This document shows positions 1 through 8,149 of a stretch of 32,000 nt of DNA, piece after piece. The notes beneath the pieces are model-generated. The model was not told where the DNA came from. It saw nothing but the letters and a program-made list of their open reading frames with translations, and ran no database searches. A program made the translations under genes and the position numbers. Position 1 is the stretch's first letter. Each line of letters starts with the position of its first letter. Source of the DNA: Mycobacterium phage Rosebush; the sequence record NC_004684.1, one strand, 5' to 3'.

Positions 1-117
1 CCGGACAGCGGGCGACCGTTGCGGCCGGGCCGCGACTGTCCGAACTGCGCAACGTCGCTGCGCGTTGAGGAGCACCGGCGCTACTGCACCGAGTGCGGGC
101 ACGAGGAGCCGCGATGA
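1..117 (+). CDS. 3' end of a protein with two CxxC motifs (zinc-ribbon-like); partial
   Basis: Frame 1 reads PDSGRPLRPGRDCPNCATSLRVEEHRRYCTECGHEEPR*; its TGA overlaps the next ATG (ATGA). Confidence 0.6.
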   Translation, partial: PDSGRPLRPGRDCPNCATSLRVEEHRRYCTECGHEEPR

Positions 118-713
118 GCGTCAAGGTCTGCACGTTCGAGTACATGCTGTCCACCGTCAACGGAATGGACCTTGCGCGGCACTACTTTCCGCGCGTGGTG
201 GCCGAGTCGTTCCTGGAGTCGACAAAGGACGGCGAGATCAAGCTCTCGCCGGACCCGGTCACCATGATCGACGGTGACCTGACCTGGTTCAACAACACCA
301 GCGACGACCAATGGGTGGTGGTGCAGACCCAGCGCGCGCCGCGCTCCATCGTGGCGCAGTCCCCGGCGACGGTGGTCATTCACGACGCCGCCAGCTTCGA
401 CGTAGGCATCTCCCCGCAGGCCGACTATCCAAGCGTCATGCAGGACACGTTCGGCGGTCGCGGCCAGGTGGACCGCAAAGAGGCTCGCGCCGAGGACCTG
501 CTCTACGGGCGGCTGTTCTACGACAGCGACTCCACGCAGGCCTGGCGCACAGTCGGGGTGGTGCCCGCCGGACAGAGCATGCACTACCGGCATCTGACCG
601 CCGTGCAGACACCGGGCACCTGGATCAGCCCGAGTGAGTTCGAGCCGCGATGGGAGGCAAGCGCGCGGTGGGTGCGCCTGCTGGCCTTCGCCACACCTGT
701 GGGGGCGCAGTGA
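114..713 (+). CDS. Phage minor tail/structural-type protein, paralogous to the next gene
   Basis: MSVKVCTFEYML...; ATGA overlap at start, GTGA overlap at end; shares WxNN(T/S)..QWV-type segments with the downstream protein. Confidence 0.6.
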   Translation: MSVKVCTFEYMLSTVNGMDLARHYFPRVVAESFLESTKDGEIKLSPDPVTMIDGDLTWFNNTSDDQWVVVQTQRAPRSIVAQSPATVVIHDAASFDVGISPQADYPSVMQDTFGGRGQVDRKEARAEDLLYGRLFYDSDSTQAWRTVGVVPAGQSMHYRHLTAVQTPGTWISPSEFEPRWEASARWVRLLAFATPVGAQ

Positions 714-2023
714 CACATCCCGATCATTTCGCGGTCGTTGGCGACGCGCTGGCACCTCAGCCGTGGATGCAGCTGCGCAGCGTGGCCACCGCCGAGACCG
801 CTGGCGTGGCCAAGAGCTATGAGGTGTCCGGCGGCCTGGCCAAGAACGAGGCGGTGCTCTCGCTGTCCACCCGGTGGACCAACAACTCGCCGGTGCCGCA
901 GTGGGTGTACGGCATGGTGTCCAACGAAGGCAACGCCGTCTACCTCCAGGCACGCTCGCGGGCCTACCTCCTCGAGCGCCACGGCTTCGTGGTGGACGAC
1001 GACCCTGCTGGCGTGACCATGGTGGACGTGAGCAAGTGCGGCACCGGGTTCGACATCGGCAAGGCCGGGACGCTGAGCCTGGGCACGGCGTTCGGGATCA
1101 GCGAGTACCGGGCGCATTCCGGCACCTACCCGCTCATGCCGCAGATGACCGGCATGACCCTGGTGGCCCCCGGTGAGACGTTCCAGGCACGCGTGGAGCT
1201 GCGGTTCGTCAGCGAATACTGGGAGGCCACCACCATCGACGGCGGCGAGACTGGGTCGGAGTCCGGGTACGTCGCCGGGGGTTACCGCATCGACCTGTTC
1301 GCCGTCCCGGCGCTGACGCCGCCAGGGCCGCGCCCGGTGCCGACGCTGGTCGGCGGCGGCTCGGTCAGCTACGACACCCAGACCAGCTCCACCACCGAGG
1401 TCGAGGTGCCGGAGGACGTGGAAGAAGGCGACATGCTGGTGGCCGTGGTCGGCAACCAGCTCGGACTGGCCGGTGGCATCGCACCGGTCGAGGCCGGGTG
1501 GACACGCCTGCTGGTGGTCAACGACGGCCAGTTCGGTTTCGCCGACGCGCACCTAAAGGTGTACATCCGGCGCGCGGGGTCCGATGAGCCGGACACCTAC
1601 TCGTTCACCAACAACCTGCTGGCGCAGCAGATCGCCTGCCTGTTCGCGGTGCGCGATGCTGCGGAGAACGTTGAGGAGGGCTGGCGTGCCGCCAGCGCAC
1701 TGCGCCGCCAGTTCTGGGAGCGCGCCGAGGGCCACGTCGCGCCGAGCATCGACGCGCGCGGCCAGCTGCTGGTGTGCGTGAGCTATTTCGCCAAACCGGT
1801 GCTCGCACCGGATATCACCCAGACACCGCCCGAGGACATGTCCGAGCTGGTGGACATCGCCAAGAGCGCGTCCAGCATGGCCATTGCCTACCTGGAAAGC
1901 CCGCCGCAACCGACCGGCGAGCGCGCGTTCACGCTCAGCCAGGAGCCGCTGGGTGTGCTCGGCAGCTTGCCCAACCGTACGATCACGGCCACTATCCTGA
2001 TTCCAGGTGCGTACGGCTCTTAG
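710..2023 (+). CDS. Phage minor tail/structural-type protein
   Basis: GTG start overlapping the previous TGA; long ORF MTHPDHFAVVGDALAPQPW... Confidence 0.65.
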   Translation: MTHPDHFAVVGDALAPQPWMQLRSVATAETAGVAKSYEVSGGLAKNEAVLSLSTRWTNNSPVPQWVYGMVSNEGNAVYLQARSRAYLLERHGFVVDDDPAGVTMVDVSKCGTGFDIGKAGTLSLGTAFGISEYRAHSGTYPLMPQMTGMTLVAPGETFQARVELRFVSEYWEATTIDGGETGSESGYVAGGYRIDLFAVPALTPPGPRPVPTLVGGGSVSYDTQTSSTTEVEVPEDVEEGDMLVAVVGNQLGLAGGIAPVEAGWTRLLVVNDGQFGFADAHLKVYIRRAGSDEPDTYSFTNNLLAQQIACLFAVRDAAENVEEGWRAASALRRQFWERAEGHVAPSIDARGQLLVCVSYFAKPVLAPDITQTPPEDMSELVDIAKSASSMAIAYLESPPQPTGERAFTLSQEPLGVLGSLPNRTITATILIPGAYGS

Positions 2024-2053
2024 CGGGCCGCACAGCGCCGTATAGGAGGCCTC

Positions 2054-2410
2054 GTGTACGACCCGCCACCCGGTTACGACGACCTGATGCACGACTGCGG
2101 CGGCGATGACCCGCCGGTGGACCCGGTGTACCGGGAGCTGGAGGTGCCCGGCATCGGTACCGTGCGGGCCCGGCCGCCCATGCCGAACGCCGTCGGTGCG
2201 CTGGCCATGGCCGCCCGGTCAGGCATCGACCCGGTGCGCCAGGTGGATTACCTGGGCCTGTTCGTACGCAACCACCTTGCGCCCGGCGAGGTGGAGCGCC
2301 TGCTCGTTGGCCAGATGGAAGGTCAGTACCCGACTGACACGATCCAGCAGGTGGCGAAGGCGGTGAGTGTGTGGGGCACGGCGCGCCCTACACAGCGGTC
2401 ATCTCGCTGA
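2054..2410 (+). CDS. Putative tail assembly chaperone, upstream frame
   Basis: SD AGGAGG at 2044-2049, GTG 2054; followed by an overlapping -1 frame ORF as in tail assembly chaperone pairs. Confidence 0.5.
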   Translation: MYDPPPGYDDLMHDCGGDDPPVDPVYRELEVPGIGTVRARPPMPNAVGALAMAARSGIDPVRQVDYLGLFVRNHLAPGEVERLLVGQMEGQYPTDTIQQVAKAVSVWGTARPTQRSSR

Positions 2411-2736
2411 GCGTGATGGCCGCGCACCATTGGCGCACGATCCGTACCCGGTTGCTCAACAACGGCATCGACAACCTGATGCAGCTCACCAGCATGCACG
2501 CCCTGCTCGACGCGGTGGAGGCCATCGTCCTGGAGGCCATCGTTGCCGACGCGGTGAAGCCGGAACAGGCCAAGCACAAGCGCGACCAGTTCCTGGACGC
2601 CCTGTACGCGCCGACCACCCCCGAGGCCAAGAAGCTCAACGGCGACGGGTACAAACCACCGCCGTCGGAGTTCGCGGTGCCGGAGCAAGTGGAGGCCGAC
2701 TTCGACGCATTCGCGCGCATGGTCGCCGGACGATAA
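2371..2736 (+). CDS. Putative tail assembly chaperone, -1 frame extension (probable frameshift product)
   Basis: ...YTAVISLSVMAAHHWRTIRTRLL...; overlaps the upstream ORF by 40 nt; 5' boundary uncertain. Confidence 0.45.
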   Translation: MGHGAPYTAVISLSVMAAHHWRTIRTRLLNNGIDNLMQLTSMHALLDAVEAIVLEAIVADAVKPEQAKHKRDQFLDALYAPTTPEAKKLNGDGYKPPPSEFAVPEQVEADFDAFARMVAGR

Positions 2737-2761
2737 CACCGCGAGCAGTTACCCTGACCTC

Positions 2762-3178
2762 GTGAGTGAGATTGTGTTCGCGCTCGACATGAGCAAGCCT
2801 GTCGGCCAGCGCATGTCCCCGGAGCTGATCGCCGAAATTCAGGCCGTGGCTCCCAGCGTGGTGGTCAACGGGTCGATCACCGAGGCCAAGCTCAAGGACA
2901 AGGCGGTGACCACGCCCAAGCTCAACGAGGGCGCGGTCACCAGTCCCAAGATCGCTACCGGCGGCGTGGAGACCGAGAACCTGGCCGATGCGGGGGTGAC
3001 CACGTCCAAGGTTGCCGACGGCGCGATCACCGCCGACAAGGCAGGCACCGGCGTCAGCAAGGCCACCGACGCCGACGGCGAGCCGATTGAGAACGACTTC
3101 CGGTTCGTGACGGCCAGCCAGTTCGCCGCAATCGAGTCGCCGGACCCCAACATCACGTACATGATTGGACCGGACTAG
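2762..3178 (+). CDS. Phage tail/fibre-associated protein with repeated I/V-T..KL/KI motifs
   Basis: ITEAKLKDKAVTTPKLNEGAVTSPKIATGGVETENLADAGVTTSKVADGAITADK repeats typical of tail fibre-type proteins. Confidence 0.55.
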   Translation: MSEIVFALDMSKPVGQRMSPELIAEIQAVAPSVVVNGSITEAKLKDKAVTTPKLNEGAVTSPKIATGGVETENLADAGVTTSKVADGAITADKAGTGVSKATDADGEPIENDFRFVTASQFAAIESPDPNITYMIGPD

Positions 3179-3874
3179 GTGTCGATCAGCCGTCTGGGCG
3201 GTATCTCCCGCATTCACCGCAACGGCGTCGACCTGATCCAGGTCCGGCGCGGCTCCCAGCTGATCTGGTCGAGCAACATCCTCCTGGACACGTTCAACCG
3301 GGACGACGCCAACACGCTCGGTGAGCATTGGACCAGCACCGGAACCGGGTACAAGCTGGGCATTTCCAGCGGCGGTGCCCGCCTGGCGGTGCCCGACGGC
3401 CTGGTGGCCCTGGCGCTCAACACCGATTACGCGCGGTTCAACGCCGCCACGCTGGACAGCGACGACTACGACCTGGAGATCGTGGTTGGGTCGAAAGGTG
3501 CCAGCGACTCCATCACCGGCACCAAGCACCGCACCGAGGTGTTCGCGCGCGGGTCCAACACCGGCGTCACGCACGGCGTCGGTATCGACCTCTACGGCTC
3601 GGCGGTGTCCATTGTGCGCCGGGTGGCCAGCGTCAACACGATCATGAAGGCCGGTGGTGCCTACGCACCCGGTGACCGGGTACGCCTGCGCGGGGTCGGC
3701 AACCTGCACAACCTCTACGTCAACGGCGAGTTCCGGGTGCAATGGGATGACTCCAGCGGCACCGCCCAGAAGGGGTCGGGGTACCGCTCGCTGATCTTGC
3801 GCGCCGACGGGTCCAAGGACTTGCTTGGACCACGCCGGTTCAGCGCCTCTATCGACTCGGTGCAGCTCGCCTAA
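3179..3874 (+). CDS. Minor tail protein, lectin/laminin-G-like beta-sandwich type
   Basis: LLDTFNRDDANTLGEHWT...YDLEIVVGSK...VRLRGVGNLHNLYVNGEF pattern; GTG start just after the upstream TAG. Confidence 0.5.
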   Translation: MSISRLGGISRIHRNGVDLIQVRRGSQLIWSSNILLDTFNRDDANTLGEHWTSTGTGYKLGISSGGARLAVPDGLVALALNTDYARFNAATLDSDDYDLEIVVGSKGASDSITGTKHRTEVFARGSNTGVTHGVGIDLYGSAVSIVRRVASVNTIMKAGGAYAPGDRVRLRGVGNLHNLYVNGEFRVQWDDSSGTAQKGSGYRSLILRADGSKDLLGPRRFSASIDSVQLA

Positions 3875-4077
3875 CGAGCGCCCCAGTTGCCGCGCCCAGG
3901 CCGGTTGGCCGCCCACTCGTCAATGGTGTCGGGGAACCAGCCCTTGTACGGCCCGATCACCGCGTCGGGTGTCGGCAGTTTGATACGCGACAAGGACCGT
4001 GGCCCCAGGCCGAGGCGTGCGGCTACCTCGGCTCGTGACAGGTACACCACGGTCTTGCGCTGCTTCTCCTTGGCCAT
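3871..4077 (-). CDS. Small excisionase/MerR-AlpA-type winged helix DNA-binding protein
   Basis: YLSRAEVAARLGLGPRSLSRIKLPTPDAVIGPYKGWFPDTIDEWAANRPG. Confidence 0.6.
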   Translation of the reverse strand: MAKEKQRKTVVYLSRAEVAARLGLGPRSLSRIKLPTPDAVIGPYKGWFPDTIDEWAANRPGRGNWGAR

Positions 4078-4084
4078 GCACGGG

Positions 4085-4090
4085 ATAATA
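4085..4090 (-). promoter_or_regulatory. Candidate -10 (TATTAT) 7 nt upstream of the ATG (leaderless candidate), inside a palindrome 4078-4083/4094-4099
   Basis: Minus strand GCACGGCGG-TATTAT-CCCGTGC-ATG; GCACGG...CCGTGC flanks the -10. Confidence 0.4.
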
Positions 4091-4107
4091 CCGCCGTGCG
4101 TGCAGGC

Positions 4108-4497
4108 CTAATCCTCGCCGGACAGCACCGGACGGATCAGGCCGCCCTCAACAGCTGCTCGGGCCACCACGCAGCGCTCCCACTCCTGGCGGGGGTCGCG
4201 CGGCACGGTCACCTCCAGGTACCGGCCTCCGCGTGCCTCGTGCTCGCGCTCGGCCGCCGAGATGACCGAGTCCACCTCGCTGTCGAACTTGTCCACCAGG
4301 GTGTCCACCGTGGTCATGAGACCGGGTGGCATGGCGTCCTGGCCGTTCTCGATGCGCTGGTAGCTGCGCCGGTCCATGTCGGACAGGTGCTTGGCCATAC
4401 CGCGCTGGCTGAGTCCGATGTACAGGCGCTTGGCGCGCATCAGCTCGCCCAGGCCGTCGGTGTAGTCGGCGGGTTCTTTGGTCGTTGTGTCGGTCAT
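4108..4497 (-). CDS. XRE-like helix-turn-helix DNA-binding protein
   Basis: LGELMRAKRLYIGLSQRGMAKHLSDMDRRSYQRIENGQ; SD GGAGG upstream. Confidence 0.65.
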   Translation of the reverse strand: MTDTTTKEPADYTDGLGELMRAKRLYIGLSQRGMAKHLSDMDRRSYQRIENGQDAMPPGLMTTVDTLVDKFDSEVDSVISAAEREHEARGGRYLEVTVPRDPRQEWERCVVARAAVEGGLIRPVLSGED

Positions 4498-4519
4498 GAC
4501 GTCCTCCTGTGGTTATGGC

Positions 4520-4555
4520 GGTGCCCGGAGCGCCATCCCCTGCGCTCCGGGCACC
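4520..4555 (-). other. Intergenic stem-loop, 14 bp perfect stem, 8 nt loop
   Basis: ggtgcccggagcgc / gcgctccgggcacc with loop catcccct. Confidence 0.8.
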
Positions 4556-4571
4556 TGGTCGGTGTGGTGGC

Positions 4572-5336
4572 TTACCAGCCTGCGTTAGCGGCGCAGACCG
4601 GGCCGATCCCCCTCGCACGGCTCTCGTCGTTGGTCAGCGTGCGGTCGCAGATACCGCAGCGGCCGATCTCGTGGCCGTAGCGGGCGCTGGCGGCCTCGGC
4701 ACCGACCTCGGCGATCCTGTTCAGGACGGCCTTGCTGGCGGCGAAGCTCATGCGCTGCTCGCTGTCGCTGACCAGGAGCTTGACGAACACGTACCCGGCC
4801 CACTTGCCGGTCTCGGGGCGGTCGACCTTGTAGAAGGCCACCCCGTTGACCGCGCCGTCGTTGGTGTCGATGGCGTAGCGCCCGGCAGGCACGACCTCGG
4901 CGCTGGGCAGGTCGCTGGCGGCGGCCTTGGCCTTGGGGGCCTCGGCGGTGGCGGCCTTCGGCAGGCCGGTCAGCCACTCGATCATCTTGGACGCACCGGC
5001 CTTGGTCAGCGGTGCCCAGGCGGCCGCCTGCTCGGGGGTCTCGGCGGTCTGCGCCGAGTGCGCCAGCACCTGGTTGACGCGCACGCCCAGGTTGTCGGCG
5101 GTGGCGACCTCCGCGACCTCCAGGAGCTGGGCGAAGCCCTCGGTGATCTCCGGGTCGGTGGTGGTCAGCACGTCCAGCACCACGTTGATCACCGCCGCGC
5201 GGCCGACGAACTTGGGGGCCTGGCCCCGCCAGTCGCGCTCGGCCAGCAAGGTGGCGACGAACTTCAGCTGGGCGGCGGTGGCCGGGACGACCAGCGCGGC
5301 GGGGGCGGTGGCGGTGGTGTTGAAGGGAGTGCTCAT
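4572..5336 (-). CDS. DUF6011-type C-terminal zinc motif protein
   Basis: C-terminal CGICDRTLTNDESRARGIGPVCAANAG motif. Confidence 0.6.
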   Translation of the reverse strand: MSTPFNTTATAPAALVVPATAAQLKFVATLLAERDWRGQAPKFVGRAAVINVVLDVLTTTDPEITEGFAQLLEVAEVATADNLGVRVNQVLAHSAQTAETPEQAAAWAPLTKAGASKMIEWLTGLPKAATAEAPKAKAAASDLPSAEVVPAGRYAIDTNDGAVNGVAFYKVDRPETGKWAGYVFVKLLVSDSEQRMSFAASKAVLNRIAEVGAEAASARYGHEIGRCGICDRTLTNDESRARGIGPVCAANAGW

Positions 5337-5357
5337 GGTGTCGGTCCTTTCTCAGGT

Positions 5358-5374
5358 GGCGGGTCCGTCCCGCC
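5358..5374 (-). promoter_or_regulatory. 5' leader stem-loop copy 1 (GGCGGG-ACGGA-CCCGCC)
   Basis: 11 nt downstream of the -10 at 5386-5391. Confidence 0.75.
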
Positions 5375-5385
5375 GTACAACGCAC

Positions 5386-5415
5386 ATATTACGGCACGCA
5401 TGGCTGCATTGTCTC
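5386..5415 (-). promoter_or_regulatory. Promoter family copy P1: GAGACA-N18-TAATAT
   Basis: GGAGACAATGCAGCC...CCGTAATAT upstream of the gene starting at 5336. Confidence 0.75.
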
Positions 5416-5431
5416 CTGATACGTTGACGCC

Positions 5432-6943
5432 GTGGCGCTAGGAATGACTCTGGAGAACGGATGGCCCGAGTGCGACCTGGCCGATTGCGACTACGCGACG
5501 ATTCCGGGCACGCCGCTGCGGCTGCCGTTCCAGCGCGGTATCCCGTTCATCATCTTGCAGGCCTTTCTGCGTGACCTGAACGATTTCATCGAGCCTGCCG
5601 ACAACGCACGGCACTACACCGACGAAGGCAGCTGGACCGAGGACAACTCGGTGTACACCTCGAACCACAAGGGCGCGACGGCCTTCGACTACAACTGGTC
5701 TGATCATCCTCTGGGGTACGCCGCGCCGGACCCGCGCGCGGGGTGGAACGGGTCGGTGCTGATCAAAGGCGACCAGACGCCAGCGGTGCGCGAGCTGCTG
5801 GCCTGGTACACCTTTGAAGGCCTCCAGCTGGTGTGGTGGGGCAACGACTGGAACTCGCCCAAGGACTCGATGCACTTCCAGATGGGCTACGGCACCGCGA
5901 CCGCCGACGGCCGGGCCAAGGCCACCCGGTTCATCGACCGATTCATCCGGGCCGATGGCTATTCGACCTACCGTCGCGGTGGCGTCCCCCGTGGCGGTGG
6001 TGCGGCGGTGCCGCCGGTGTCAGTGGGGCTGACCCCGGCGGTGCTGGCCAAGGTGATGGACAACCGGGTGTCCATGGCCCGCTACGAGGCCCTGGCACCG
6101 CAGCTCATCTCTGCCTTCCACCTGGCCGGGTGCGACACCTTGCTTCGGCGGCGGCATTTCCTGGCGCAGGTCGGCCACGAGTCCGGCGGCCTGAAATACC
6201 AGGAGGAGATCGCCTCCGGTGCGGCGTACGAAGGCCGGGCCGACCTCGGCAACACCCAGCGCGGCGACGGCGTGCGGTTCAAGGGACGCGACTTCATCCA
6301 GATCACCGGGCGGTCCAACTACACCCGGTTGAGCCAGTGGGCGTACGGACGCGGCCAGGTGCCGACGCCGACGTTCTTCGTGGACCACCCGGAGGCGCTG
6401 GCCACCGACGCGTACGCGTTCCTCGGCGTGGTCTGGTACTGGACGCAGGCCCGCGACATGAACGCGCTGGCCGACCGCGACGACATCGTGGCCGTGACCA
6501 AGGCGGTCAACGGCGGCACCAACGGCCTGGAGGACCGCAAGGCGTTCTATGCCCGCGCGGTGGCCGCTGGCGACAACCTCCTGGATCCCGTACCGACCGA
6601 CGAATGGGAGGCCCTGATGGCCGACGGGCAGAAAGACCAGTCACGGTCGATCTACCGCACCGACAACAACCGAGTGTTCACCGCGCGCGACATGGTGTTC
6701 AACGCCGACGCCACCACGCACGGCCTATGGGTCGAGAGCGCCGCACTGCGCGGTGAGCAGTGGGCCGTGGAGCTGGTGGCCGACGTGGCCGCCGGTGTCG
6801 GCACCGGCGCGAAGACGTGGTGGGACGCGAGCAAGACCGACACCTGGGCAATCCAGCACGCCCAGCAGGTGCTTCGGGTTATCGAGGCCACCAACCCGGC
6901 CGCCCTGGCCACCTACATCGCCAACCGGAAAGGCAGCAACTGA
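5432..6943 (+). CDS. lysA: Endolysin: peptidase M15-like domain plus GH19 chitinase-like domain
   Basis: SNHKGATAFDYN...DSMHFQ (M15) and FLAQVGHESGGLKYQEE...RFKGRDFIQITGRSNY (GH19). Confidence 0.88.
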   Translation: MALGMTLENGWPECDLADCDYATIPGTPLRLPFQRGIPFIILQAFLRDLNDFIEPADNARHYTDEGSWTEDNSVYTSNHKGATAFDYNWSDHPLGYAAPDPRAGWNGSVLIKGDQTPAVRELLAWYTFEGLQLVWWGNDWNSPKDSMHFQMGYGTATADGRAKATRFIDRFIRADGYSTYRRGGVPRGGGAAVPPVSVGLTPAVLAKVMDNRVSMARYEALAPQLISAFHLAGCDTLLRRRHFLAQVGHESGGLKYQEEIASGAAYEGRADLGNTQRGDGVRFKGRDFIQITGRSNYTRLSQWAYGRGQVPTPTFFVDHPEALATDAYAFLGVVWYWTQARDMNALADRDDIVAVTKAVNGGTNGLEDRKAFYARAVAAGDNLLDPVPTDEWEALMADGQKDQSRSIYRTDNNRVFTARDMVFNADATTHGLWVESAALRGEQWAVELVADVAAGVGTGAKTWWDASKTDTWAIQHAQQVLRVIEATNPAALATYIANRKGSN

Positions 6944-7479
6944 TGGCAGAGACAATCGGCCCCGCCGACCCCAACGCGCCGACGCGGGCCAAGGTATGGG
7001 CAGGACTGGCGGTCATCGCGCCGCTACTGTCGTTCCTGGCCACCTTCGGCATCCTGTCCAACGACCAGGCCAACGCGATCAACGGCGCGCTCACCGCCGT
7101 GGTCGGCGTGCTGACGGCGTTCGGCTTCGGCGTGGCCGCCAAGAAGACCAGCGAGCAGGTCAAGAACGGCACCTTCGACCCGGCACCTCCCCCGCCGCCG
7201 CCGGTGCTGGTGCCGCCAGCGATGAGCGCGGTGGAGGGCATCACGGCGGTGGCCAACCAGTTCAACGATCTGGTCACCGGCGTGACCTCCGGTGTGAAGC
7301 ATGTCCAGGACGTGGTTGGCGGCCTGGCCGGTGCGATCCCCGGTTTGAGCGGCCTGCCGGGCCTCCAGGGCCTTGATCCCAACTCGCTGGCCGCTCAGGC
7401 CGCACAACTCGCATACGAGCGCGGTGGGGCCAACCAGGCCGCCGCACGCCCGGCCTCTGGCACCGAGACCGCCACCTGA
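6943..7479 (+). CDS. Holin-like membrane protein
   Basis: Two hydrophobic segments (VWAGLAVIAPLLSFLATFGIL, AINGALTAVVGVLTAFGFGVA) directly after the lysin; TGATG overlap. Confidence 0.7.
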   Translation: MAETIGPADPNAPTRAKVWAGLAVIAPLLSFLATFGILSNDQANAINGALTAVVGVLTAFGFGVAAKKTSEQVKNGTFDPAPPPPPPVLVPPAMSAVEGITAVANQFNDLVTGVTSGVKHVQDVVGGLAGAIPGLSGLPGLQGLDPNSLAAQAAQLAYERGGANQAAARPASGTETAT

Positions 7480-7549
7480 CGACGAACGCCGCCAGGTGAT
7501 ACCCTGACGGCGCTTGTGGCTGCTGTGGTTGTGGCCGGGGAGACAAGTA

Positions 7550-7583
7550 CAACGCCCCCACCTCACTGGAGGTGGGGGCGTTG
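7550..7583. terminator. Strong bidirectional hairpin terminator between convergent transcription units
   Basis: caacgcccccacctc-actg-gaggtgggggcgttg, 15 bp perfect stem, between the + strand holin end and the - strand gene end. Confidence 0.9.
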
Positions 7584-7595
7584 CTTTGTGCCCGG

Positions 7596-8135
7596 TCAGA
7601 GGGTGTTGGTCTTCAACCAGTTGCGGGCGGCGACCACGTCCTCGTCGGTGTAGGCGACGAAGATCCAGGCCGGGTCGTTGCCGTCACCCTTGTCGCGCGA
7701 CTTGCCCAGGCGGGCCAGGATGTACGGGTTGGCCTTCTGCTCCAGAATCTTGATCAGCTCGCGCTTCAAGGCCTGCTGGAACACCAGCATGTCCTTGATC
7801 TTCTCGCCAGCGCGCGGGCCGGAGAGCACGGCCATGTCGCCGCGCACCACGTCCTTGGCGATGCCGCGCGAGGTCTTCATCTCGGGGATGACCTCGGTGG
7901 GCTTGAACAGGAACAGCTCGCCCTCGAACTGCGTGATCTTCTCCCCGGAAATGCCCGACGGCCCGGAGAACGGGTCGCCGCCGCCGAACCCGAGGCCCGG
8001 CGAGGCCGAGGTCGGTGCGGCGGGCGCGGCAGCAGGTGCGGCGGCAGCAGGTGCGGCGGGCGCAGCGGCAGCAGGTGCAGCGGCAGGGGCGGGAGCGGTG
8101 GCTGCGCCACCTCCGAACGGTGAGGTACCGGCCAT
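7596..8135 (-). CDS. Phage ssDNA-binding-like protein with Ala/Pro-rich N-terminus
   Basis: MAGTSPFGGGAATAPAPAAAP...; SD AAGGAG upstream of ATG 8135; sits among replication genes. Confidence 0.45.
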   Translation of the reverse strand: MAGTSPFGGGAATAPAPAAAPAAAAPAAPAAAAPAAAPAAPTSASPGLGFGGGDPFSGPSGISGEKITQFEGELFLFKPTEVIPEMKTSRGIAKDVVRGDMAVLSGPRAGEKIKDMLVFQQALKRELIKILEQKANPYILARLGKSRDKGDGNDPAWIFVAYTDEDVVAARNWLKTNTL

Positions 8136-8149
8136 GATGGTGTTACTCC

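Noticed and set aside
2636-3916. - strand ORF opposite the tail genes (also 584-1552)
   Set aside because: Mirrors the real + strand coding frame; product lacks recognisable domains and there is no SD.
5358-5374. The GGCGGG leader hairpin as a rho-independent terminator
   Set aside because: Only 6 bp, no U-run, and located between a promoter and the SD of a gene it must allow to be transcribed.
6946-6960. GAGACAATC inside the holin start as another family promoter
   Set aside because: No -10 at 17-18 bp and no GCCGCC block; it is simply the codons for AETI.
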